A DNA stretch of 64,000 nucleotides from Monocercomonoides exilis PA203 (lineage: Eukaryota > Protista > Preaxostyla), in the NCBI GenBank assembly GCA_001643675.2, contig LSRY02000036.1, forward strand, positions 310,001 to 374,000, written 5' to 3'. The notes beneath the pieces are model-generated. The model did no database searches. It was not told the origin of the DNA and worked only from the letters and a program-made list of their open reading frames with translations. This document shows positions 38,912-49,500 of this stretch, in pieces. Numbering within the stretch: position 1 is the first letter of the stretch; every line of letters begins with the position of its first letter. The translations under genes and the position numbers were made by a program.

Positions 38912-39660
38912 TTAAAATGAAGAAGTGGAATAAGGAGAAGAAGAAGAAGAAGAAGAAGAAGAAGAAGAAGAAGAAGAAGAAGAAGAAGAAGAGCAAAAAG
39001 AAGAAGAAAAAGTTTCCCCTGCTGGGATTCGACCCTGCGCACAAGAAGGGATTCTTTTGTTGAATTCAAACAGAGCTCGACTCCTATCTTCTATACCGTC
39101 AAGTGAGGCATCTGTGTTTCCACGCAGGATACACTGGAGGAGAAGAGGGAAATCTTCACATTTGAAAAGATCGAGTGAAGGGGAGGATGAAGAAGAATCC
39201 AATTTCATCAACATCTTCGGAGTGGGAAGGCGCGCCAGCCCAAACGTAGTGAATTTGATCTCCATCGGCTTCACTGTTGCTTCCTTGTGTGTCTGAAACA
39301 CCCACATTTTGAATAAACACCTCAGCAAAAACGTGCCACTAGAAAAATTTGAGTCTCCGCACACAGCAGCAAGTATAGAGTCCACTCCGTTCTTAAAAAA
39401 ACGACTAGATTCAACCATTTTCTTGAAGAGGATCTTCAGAAGTGGCACTAATTCGCTCTCAATGAACGGATAAAGAAGAAGGCAGATATAAGCTGTGGAT
39501 GAAAGTGGGCCGCGGGACAAAGTGGAGCGGAGGGATTCTAAGAGAGAAGAAGAGAGGGAAAGAAGCTGTTTGGTGCAGGAATGGAGAGTGTCTGAGTCAT
39601 ATTCGGTTGAAATGGAGTAGGAGGATGAAGAGGATGAAGAGGATGAAGAGGATGAAGAGT
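38912..39660 (-). pseudogene. Fragment of an uncharacterised Ser-rich protein gene
   Basis: A 202-codon minus-strand frame (CLLLYPFIESELVPLLKILF..DLFKCEDFPLLLQCILRG) with no clear ATG start, running into poly-Ser. Confidence 0.4.
38938..38991 (+). repeat. (AAG)18 microsatellite within an acidic/lysine low-complexity tract (about 38560-39010)
   Basis: Perfect AAG run seen directly. Confidence 0.95.
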
Positions 39661-39739
39661 CACAAAAAAAGCAGAAGCTTTTTATGAATTCTTTGATCAG
39701 CTGTAGAGTGATGAATCAAAAAGAGAGTTTGTTCCTGAA

Positions 39740-40540
39740 GTTTTTTCGTTTTTAGAAATGATACAGCAATCATACAGCTTCACCCCATAAGCATCGATTC
39801 CATTGAAAACAACACTTCCGCAATTGTCAATCTCAAATACATTTGTTGCTAAATCAATATTTTCCAGCTTGAAACTTGTTATTGAGACCTCATCTCCATT
39901 TAATATTTATGAAGGATTCTTGAATGAAAGGAACGATATTGAACAGTTGTCAATGTGAAGAATTCCATTTTTGACTTTCAACATTGTTGAGTTAAGAACA
40001 ACAGATTCAATGTTTTCTGAATCCAAAATCGAAGAAAAGTCAACAGATGAAAGTAATAGCTGGCCATTTGCTTCATGAACTACAGAACTTCCAGTATGAG
40101 AAAACGACTGACCAAAGTTGAATTTCACACTTTCGATCCGAACTTTCTCTGATGTTGTGATTAGATTCTGGAATCACCTGTAATTGTTGAGTTCAGTTTC
40201 ACAAAAGTGGCTGAGGGAAATTGAAGTGAGCGAATTGTCACGTCAAGAACATCACATTTCCAGATAATTTCTGTTTGCCCCAAGATCAGCAGCTGTGAGA
40301 ACAGAGACGGAATGATGTGTTGGATTCCAACATCCAATGAGCGGCAAGGAGTGGTGAACTCTCCACATTGCTTGCTGTCTGTGTGATTGTCTGCAACAGA
40401 AGAAACAAATATCGTCTCGCTCTGATATTTCATAGCCCTCAGTAATAGATCTTCTTCCGCCACAAACCAGTCAGTTGCACAGCCCCGAACTGCAAGTTCT
40501 CTCGCAAAAAGTTCTATGTTATCTGCTGCAAATTTGTCAA
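39740..40540 (-). pseudogene. Truncated, frameshifted fragment of the same receptor-ectodomain family as 25080-34025
   Basis: EEDLLLRAMKYQSETIFVSS..DSKQCGEFTTPCRSLDVGIQHII matches the D..CG..PC module. Frameshift near 40160; both ends truncated. Confidence 0.7.
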
Positions 40541-40960
40541 GCAAATAAAAAAATGAATAATTTGTGAAAATAAAAATTAAAATTTATTTGTGAAAATTAA
40601 ATGGAAACCACTAAACTTATCCGATAAACAGTTCCATCGAATATGTGTGTTCTATCTTCGCAATCATGTTAAGTTTATGTATGCAATACACAATGAAAAA
40701 TTCTATTCAAATAAAATTTTGAATTAACATTGAAAATCAAGTTTGTCAAAATAAAGAATCGGAACACACCTTGTGCATTTCATTAATCGGCATTTACAAA
40801 GGTGTTCAATCAAGTTAAACCCTTTTTCATTGAAAAACTGATATTTTAATTTTGATCAAATATTTTGATACATAATTTTTTGAAAAAGAATATTTCTTCT
40901 CATAAAGAAGTTTGCTATGAACTAACAAACATTACTGTGAAAGTTCGATATTTTCATTTG

Positions 40961-41041
40961 TATTATGGTAACGGAGTTAATATCATTAACTTTCATGGGT
41001 CAAATTTTTGATCTGCAGCGACTTTTCAAAAAGAATGACCC
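40961..41041 (-). repeat. Degenerate inverted repeat, right copy (pairs with 34617-34710)
   Basis: Reverse complement reads GGGTCATTCTTTTTGAAAAGTCGC..GATCAAAAATTTGA..TCCGTTACCATAATA. Confidence 0.65.
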
Positions 41042-41178
41042 ATATTTTGATTTCCTATAAATTATGTATAAATAAGTCTCAATAACATTATAAAACATTA
41101 AAACAAATTTTTTTTATTGAAAAATGTGTTTTTGTGAAGAATTTCTTAAAATTGAAATTGACAAAAAAAAAATATTTA

Positions 41179-42160
41179 GGTGAGTATTTTTATTGGCACC
41201 AGTTTTTTTATTGGCACCAAAAATTATTTTCATTATCTTCATTTCATTAAAGCTCATAAATCTGTTTCATAACTTAAGAACAATAAACCTATAAAAATTA
41301 AGCTGTACGTCAAATATTTTTTCAAAAAACTTTCTCAGAAAACCGATCTAATAATTTTTAACTTTTATATTTCGATCAATGTTTTGCTCGTATTTTCTTG
41401 ACTGATTGCAGTTGCGAGTTTTTATCTCGGAATTCACAAAACCAACTGTATTTTCGGTATTTGTTTCTTATTTGTTATGTTTTGAACCATTTATTAAAGT
41501 GTATTTTTGCATTTCGCCATTTTTGTAAAAACATGCAAAATAAAGTGTATGTGTTTGTCTTGTCAAAAAATGTCAAAACATATAGGTAAAATAATCTTTT
41601 TTGTATATGATACATGTTTTGAAAACGAACTGTAATTCAAAATTTGAAAGAAATCAAAGGATCATGTTTTTAAAAGAATTGCATTTTTTTAAGTAATGAC
41701 AAGTTGGCAATTATCAAATATCAAGAATTAATTTCTTAATACACCTTTTATATATTTTTAACTTCATGCAAATCAATAAATGAAACACATACACTTTATT
41801 GTGCATGTTTTTACAAAAATGGCGAAATGCAAAAATACACTTTAATAAATGGTTCAAAACATAACAAATAAGAAACAAATACCGAAAATACAGTTGGTTT
41901 TGTGAATTCCGAGATAAAAACTCGCAACTGCAATCAGTCAAGAAAATACGAGCAAAACATTGATCGAAATATAAAAGTTAAAAATTATTAGATCGGTTTT
42001 CTGAGAAAGTTTTTTGAAAAAATATTTGACGTACAGCTTAATTTTTATAGGTTTATTGTTCTTAAGTTATGAAACAGATTTATGAGCTTTAATGAAATGA
42101 AGATAATGAAAATAATTTTTGGTGCCAATAAAAAAACTGGTGCCAATAAAAATACTCACC
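41179..42160. mobile_element. MITE / foldback-like non-autonomous DNA transposon, 982 bp, 378-bp TIRs, TA target duplication
   Basis: 41179-41556 is the reverse complement of 41783-42160 (one mismatch noticed). Ends are ta|GGTGAG...CTCACC|ta. No coding capacity. Confidence 0.92.
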
Positions 42161-43991
42161 TATTTATGTTTATTTTATTCTGTGAAAAGTTTAATCCCTG
42201 ATTATCGCAATCATATATAGTCACTAAAAATTGTGCAAAAACCGATGTGATAATATCCGATTTAGACAGTATATGGATGATTATCAATGAATACATATTT
42301 TTTCGCTCAAAATATTCCGTTCGAAAATCTCACTTGAATGTCAACAAAAGAACACTAAAAAATGGAAAGGCTAATAAAAGAAATCATCATCTTTAATAGA
42401 GCAAAAACATATGTTTTTGAATACAGCTATTATGAATTTTGCATTTGAAAACATAATTTTTTACAGACACATACAGTTTTTGAAAAAGCAACACCCCGAA
42501 AAAAGTTGTGATTTCGAAAATAATCACCAAAATTAACAAATAAACAAATAAATATTTCCACAATAGTTCCATTTCAGTTTCAAATGGACAAAAATATTTC
42601 TGATGATCTCTAGTTATTTTTTTAAGTTTTTAATTTTTCTTAAAATTATTTTTTTTAAAAAAAACACGAAATAATAACATCTAAATGATCAACATGGGTT
42701 ATAATCACATATTTCGGCACACAGCTATTTTTTAACTTTTTCATTAACTTCTAACTGCACATAATGATGGTGCAATACATGTTCACGAGAGATTATTTTT
42801 GTATTCATATTTTCTATCTCAAATATTTCAGTTTGAGAAATCATTTTGTAAATTGACAAATGAAATAAAGAAGAAAAAACCACATTTGATTGCAACATTT
42901 ATTTGAAAATAATCTCAAAAATCATTGCTTAAAACAATCATCATATTTTTTCTTTTGAATGAATTAATTTTCTTCAAAGAAATTATTCATTTGAAAAATC
43001 AACGCTTTTAAAAATGATGTTATTTCCTGGAACAAATCATATATATTAAAAATAAGAAGACAGTTGTGATTGCAAATTTTGCCTCATTAAATTTTATGAA
43101 GAGGTTTTTAGATCCAATTCCAGTGATTCAAAGAGAAAATCATTATTTTTGAATCGAAAGTCAATACAGCACAAATATTTAAAGAAAAAATAAGTTTCAA
43201 TTGATCATTATGAAAACGAACTTGCCAATTATTTTTAGGACTAATTTTAATCAGCATAAGGAGATTTATGAATTCAATTTGATATTTTGAGAAATTTGAC
43301 GTTCAAGACGAAAGTGGTTCTAATTAAACCAATTATCTATTTCTTTGACAGTCAATCAATAATGACTTTGCAAAAAATAAAAATAATAATTTGGGTCAGA
43401 AATCTATCATATCACCCCTTTTTTTATCGAGACCTAAATTTTCTGGCTCTCCAGAGCACTTTTGGAAAAAAAAAAAATAGAAAATTTCAAATATATTATA
43501 ATAAGCTATTCCTGAAAATATTTTTTATTTTTTTTATTTTAGTGAAAAGATCTGGTGTTTTTTGTTTTATTTTTCTGATTAAAGACTTGCTCATATTTTC
43601 ACGAGCTTTTTGTTCTGAGATTTTTAAGTGTTGTTATTGTTATTGAACTTTTCTTATTTATGTTTTTGGTTATTTTTCATTGTTTAACACTTCATTTTTT
43701 TAACACTTTTTCCATTTCACTAAATTTCGAAAAATTGATAATTTTGCAGTGATTATTGAGTTGCTTTGTTTTTCAATGTTAAAAAATAGTTGAAAAAATG
43801 ATTGAAATGATCGTCACAAAAATTAAGAAATAAAACAATATGATTTTTAGCGTATAAAACAAAAATACACGAATACAAGTTTTTTTGAATAATAATCACG
43901 ATCATAAAAATGAAAAGATTTTCTTCCTTTTGAATATCTTCATTTGTTGATAGTTTATGTATTTTTTCTTAAAAATTAAAGAAAAAACATA

Positions 43992-46000
43992 GGGTCATAT
44001 TTTTATTAGTACCCATTTTTTTTATTAGTACCCAAATTTTTCGAAATGAAAAATTCTAAAAAATTCAAAAAAATACAAAACTCGAATCTAATTTGCGTAT
44101 GACTTTTCTTTTTCCCTTTCCTCTTTCAATTTCATCAGATGATTCTTTCTCTATATCGTTCTCATCTTGAAGTATTTTGAATTTTCTTTTCAGCTTTTTC
44201 GTGAAATTCATTGTTTCATCATTTTTTTCATCAGAAATGTTTTCTTTTTCATTATCCATTTCGCTTTTCTTTTTCAAATAATCATCCCACTCATTAAGCA
44301 CCTTTTCTTTTGTTATTTCTTAACTTTAAAAGTCAAATCGATTTTGATGAGAAGGAAGAGGAGAAGTCGATGATTGAGAAAGCTTTATCAGAACTGGCCC
44401 AGACGAGTCTTTCAGCACGCATTGCATTTTATTGCTCTTTTTTTGACTGAAGGTGATAATGTCGAATGAATTGATTGTTGTGGAGCTTTTTCGAAAGCAG
44501 TTCTCTTTGCTGCTGAAGATGAAGTGAAGTTGCGCAGTGCTGAGAACTCAGCTCTGATTTGAAAACTGCAAATACACTTCTGTCAAGTGGCTGGCAGATG
44601 TGTGTGCTGTGAGGGATGAACGTCACATCATCCACATTTTCTTTTTTGAACTCTCGCCAGATTGTTGGATCTGCTCGAGAAATGTGGGAGTCGATTAGAA
44701 GCAAGCAGTGCGATTCGTCGAGTGACATGCGTTGCCTTCTTTCTTTGATTGAAGTAGGAAGAATTGTCAGTGTATATTTTCTGAACGTAGAAGATTTCAT
44801 CAATTCGCATTTGTTTTGCCATATCTCAAGATTTGAAGACTGAAGAGGATTCAAGTCATCAGGAAATTTGAGACTCGGCCACAGAATCACTGAAGGAAGT
44901 GATTGTCCATCAGCTGCGACCGCCGCAATTAGTGTAGAATTCGCCATTCGCGCAGCAGATTTAGCGTAACCGGGTTTTGTATTTGCCGGATGAACGACCT
45001 TCCGATTGGAGCTGTCGGGAACCCTGAGTCAAGACTCATCCACGTTGAAAATCAGTGCGTTGTTGTAACTGTTGTTCTGATGTAATCCGTTGAGCATATC
45101 ATACCAGGGCTTTAGAACTTGTTGGCATGATACGGCAAGCCTATTCGCATCAACAATTTTTGGCTTTGATGTCTTCAGCTCTGGATGTCGTTTGATGAAA
45201 TTGTAGGCAACTGACGCAGAAACTTTAACATCTGGCGTGTTTTCTGGTTTCAAATCATTAACAACATTTTCAATCTAATTAATATTAATTAATACATTTC
45301 ATAGAATATTTATACAAACCAGTTCACGCATTTTCTTGATGGTTAAGCTTGCTCCAGACAGTGATTCTATTTTAATTTCATCCAGCACTGTTTGCTCTTT
45401 TTCTCCAATGACCACAGCAGGTCTTCCAATTTTTGAAACTAGCCTTCCTTGCCGAACAGCCTTCACCGCACGCTTGATTCGGATTTTGCTGAATTTTTTG
45501 CTGTTGTTTTCATCCGCCAAACGCACTACTCCATCGTTTTCAATTTTTTCCATTCACTCATACAGATTCATTAATTATCTCCATTCGAACGATAGCATTT
45601 CCTCCCACAGCTTCAGCTGACCAATAGTAGATTTCCTTGTAACTTCATTTTTCATTTTTTATTTTTTGTGTTATGATCATAAAGCCAATTTATTTAATTT
45701 ATTATTATAAATTTCAATTTTCATTGAAATTTAATTTTTTGTTCATTAAATGCATATTTTTTTGAATTAAATTCATTGGAACCAACCTGTAACTGATAGA
45801 ATTTCAACGGGAGGCTTTTAACCCCACCATTTCCCCCCCACAAGAAACAGGTTATGCATTCAAATGTATTTATTCAGTTGCTGATATTTTTCTTATATAC
45901 CAAAAATACTATTAATAAATCGAAATGTTGGTGGCTGAATAATTGATTTTAAAAAAATAGGATCGAATAAAAAAAATAGGATCTAATAAAAATATGACCC
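43992..46000 (-). mobile_element. pogo/Fot1-like (Tc1/mariner superfamily) DNA transposon, 2009 bp, 18-bp perfect TIR, TA TSD
   Basis: TA|GGGTCATATTTTTATTAG ... CTAATAAAAATATGACCC|TA enclosing a transposase pseudogene. Confidence 0.88.
44065..45655 (-). pseudogene. DD35D pogo/Fot1-like transposase pseudogene (CENP-B/Tc5-type HTH plus DDE_1 domain) with a 45-bp intron at 45275-45319
   Basis: YNFIKRHPELK, IFNVDES, AVAADG..LP, LLLIDSHISR and PHSTHICQPLDRSVF, with 35 residues between the 2nd and 3rd Asp. At least five in-frame stops and a frameshift near 44530. Confidence 0.88.
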
Positions 46001-46521
46001 TATTTTTTTAAATGCATTCTTCAATTTGTCGAAATTAAGTGAAATGGAAAAAGTGTTAAAAAAATGAAGTGTTAAACAATGAAAAATAACCAAAAACATA
46101 AATAAGAAAAGTTCAATAACAATAACAACACTTAAAAATCTCAGAACAAAAAGCTCGTGAAAATATGAGCAAGTCTTTAATCAGAAAAATAAAACAAAAA
46201 ACACCAGATCTTTTCACTAAAATAAAAAAAATAAAAAATATTTTCAGGAATAGCTTATTATAATATATTTGAAATTTTCTATTTTTTTTTTTTCCAAAAG
46301 TGCTCTGGAGAGCCAGAAAATTTAGGTCTCGATAAAAAAAGGGGTGATATGATAGATTTCTGACCCTATTATCATTATTGAAATATTTCCTATTTATACT
46401 ATTTTCTTGTGAAAACTTTTCTGTAACTTTCAAGAAACAGAATGCAATTAATCAAAGTTATCTAATCATGCTAAAAAACTGATTGACATTAAATGCATTT
46501 GTAAAAGGAATAAATAATTAT

Positions 46522-49500
46522 TCATATACATAACAAAAACGTCTCTGAAAAAAATCTAATGATACGAAAAGAAAAAAATTATGATACAAAGTTGAATAAA
46601 AACCGAATGAATTAATAGATACAATATAACAAGATTATTCAATAAAAGGTAAAACTTCAAAAAGATTTGCATGATCAGGGAATAATAACATCTCAAGTCT
46701 TGACGCTTCTTCTGCAAGTTGATTCATCGTCGAACTATTGGAAAATTAGAAGATATTATGGGAACAAATTACATAATACAAATAAGAATTGGTTATTTGT
46801 TTCAAAGTTTCAAACGAAGAGATATTATGAACGGAAGGAAAAATAAAAATTGTTTAACCGCATACAATTTCATTGAGTCGGACAAATTATTGAGAAAATC
46901 TTTCAGATTTTCAGAACTTTTCCCGCTAAATTGTTTATTCAAGCTATCAACAAATGTTGAATAGATCTAAAAATAATAGATCGGTTGATAATTGAAAGAA
47001 AAAGAGAATAAATGAAATATGATAAAAAAAATAAAAAAGGAATCATTTAGCAAACCTTTTTATATTTCTTTTTTTCTGAATCAGATGCTCCAGTTCGCTC
47101 TTTCCAATAAAAGCTCACCGTTGTCAATAACACGATTATCACTGCCTTGACATTTTCAGAAATAGGCATTTTCTTCTGCCAAAAGTACCTTGCTTCAACA
47201 AGATTCAACAATGAAGCAAACAACTGGCTCATCATTTCGTACAAAGTATTCTGCTGAACACTTGCAAGCATCAGCACAGCCGCATCCGCCAGCAAAGGAA
47301 GAGCCTCAACTTCGCGGTGGGCATCAACAGACAGAACAGCAAAGCACGAATTTGCTGAAGAGGAAGGATGCTTGCTTGTTGCTGTTTGAGGAATGAGAGA
47401 AGCAACTGGTGCAGAATTTGGCATCAACGGCAGAAAGGCACTGGATGAAACAGACTGAGGCGTGGAAGAACAGAGAGTGGTTACAATTAAATACAAAATA
47501 GAATATGCAGTCGTCGAAGGAAGTGCACGGAACGACGATTCTGTTCCATTGAGACCCGACTGCGAGGGCTGGTAGCCTCGGGCAATCATCGGCAGCCCAT
47601 TTGCCCCTTCACTTTGGGCCATCGACGCTGCAGACGAGACCGAGTTGGCGTGGTGCGTGCGGAACAGGCACGGCTTGCGGAAGTCCGTGTAGCACGAGCA
47701 GTCCATCGTCTGAAACAGATCGAATTCGTCATGTGCTGTCATCCCCGCATCTGCAACATTCTTTGTTTTCCACAAAACAACAAGCTCTTTTTGATTCTCT
47801 GATTGAGGGGATATCAGAGAAGATTCTGTGAACGATGGCAGAACGCCAGGATCGATGATCAGAGGGAAAAACGAGCGGATAACGAGCGAAAGAGACAAAA
47901 AATATGACTTGCGGCAGCAGCAGTCAAGAAACGCATGTAAAAGTGATGTGTTCTTTTCAAACGGATCTCGAAGCTTTTCGCTATCCGAAGAAAAGGTTTG
48001 GAAAAGGGTAGATGATGTAGCAACAGCAACAGGATTACCTGCTTCAATTGAGGAGATTAAAAACGTATTTGGCGGTTGGTGAATTATCCCAATCGCCGAT
48101 AAGTCAGTGGGGTTAGATACAAACAAGAATAGCGAACGCACAAAAGGCGCCAAAGAATCAACGAGAGTGCGAAATGACAGAAGCGGCTGAGGAGGATAAG
48201 AGAGAGAAATCGTGTAATTCTCGTAATTTCCAATAAGCTGAAGAAACTCCGTTGAGGGCTCAATAGATGCATTGCTGCTTTCTTCAGCGGGAGGTGGTTG
48301 TATATTGTTCTGGATTGCTTGGGAGGAATCTCTGCGTGCTTTCCTCCTTTCTTCTCGTTCTCTTTCGTGCATTCGCTCTGCCTCCTCAGCTTTTTTCAGA
48401 TATTGCCCGATTTCTTTATATTTTTCGAGAGGGCCAAATTCAGATGGTATTTCTGGCGGAGTGACACGAAGAGCGATGGAAAGCAAAAACTCCATCAAAA
48501 AAGTGGAAGGAACCATTGTGTCTGTGGTGCTTCCTTGGGCAGAAGGATTCGAAGGTGAAGAAGAAGTTGGCGAGTGGCCAGGAGTTGAAGTATTATTAGC
48601 TGAAAAAGAAGAGCCAGAAGATTGCGATGATGGAGTTGAGGCAGAATTACGACGAAGTTTGTGGTGGCTCATTTTTGTGTTGAATGATATGTGCAACAGG
48701 CTCAGCACAGAAACAATACTCGACTGAATAACAGCATGATACTGCGCTGTTGTTCTGAATGAAAGAGAAAGTCGAGAAAGCAGCCGGAGAAACAGAAGAA
48801 TGTGCTTTCGAAGCATCGGGGGAAGAACAGAAAAGGTGGAAGAGTACGTGTGGAGAGGAGTGATTATTGGCGGAGTATGAGAAGGAGATGGCGAGCGATT
48901 ATGAGATTTTGATCTGCTTGATGATAACAGCGAATAAAATGAGTTTTTCTGCTTATCCGAAGAAGACGAGGCATCAAATGTTGCTTTTATGGCACTCGAA
49001 TAAGACTGAAGATCTCCAAAATAAAGGGCAGATGCAACAAACAGCTGAATCAGGTTCTTCATCACTAGAGAGATGTGCATGCCATGGCGCCGCTGAATGG
49101 CAAGAGGCGTGTTCTGGTCAGGTGTCCTGCTGAAGTGCTGGGGCAGCACCAGCTGCAAAGCAAGCTGCAATTCTTCATTGCTATCGACATCCGTTGAACA
49201 GAAGTAATACGAGTCATCATCATCGTTTGCATCATATGTCTTCTCGTGATCGCCTTCTTCGATTGAATGAAGAGGAGAACGTGGATGTGGAGACCCAATT
49301 TGCACAATCTGCAACAAGAAAAACAGCGTCTTCAGCTGATCTGTGATGATATCCTGACTCGGCGAGAAATAAAGCACAGGTCTGTCATGCTCATCGAAGA
49401 CAGGCTCTCTTCTTGCAAAGCGTGTGGAAAGGAGCGAACACACAAAATAGAAATACAGTTCAAGGCGACACATGTCAACAATAAGATACTTTGCAGCATT

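Larger units (their letters stand above)
43393..46366. mobile_element. Long-TIR element (~346-bp TIRs; ~965 bp without its insert) carrying a nested pogo-like transposon
   Basis: 43393-43738 is the near-perfect reverse complement of 46021-46366. Ends are tt|GGGTCAGA...TCTGACCC|ta. Confidence 0.9.

Noticed and set aside
39005-39045. tRNA T-arm/B-box-like GGGTCGAATCCC followed by TTTTT on the minus strand
   Set aside because: The T-stem does not pair properly, no D-arm, anticodon or acceptor stem can be built, and it lies inside a protein-like frame.
38623-39063. 146-aa acidic/poly-Lys ORF as a real gene
   Set aside because: Non-ATG start and built almost entirely from GAA/AAG microsatellite sequence within a decayed block.
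44065-45655. RIP-like targeted C-to-T mutation of repeats
   Set aside because: Some stops fit C>T but others do not, and the adjacent long TIRs are unmutated. It cannot be supported without a consensus sequence.
41179-46366. CRISPR array, Polinton/virophage or Helitron interpretation of the repeats
   Set aside because: No spaced direct repeats and no polymerase, integrase, capsid or Rep-helicase ORFs. TA flanks and a DD35D transposase explain the structure.
41398-46433. Duplicated short ORFs (MTDCSCEF... at 41398/41941; ...VRNLSYHPFF... at 43287/46433)
   Set aside because: They are by-products of the TIR sequences read on opposite strands; AT-rich and not protein-like.
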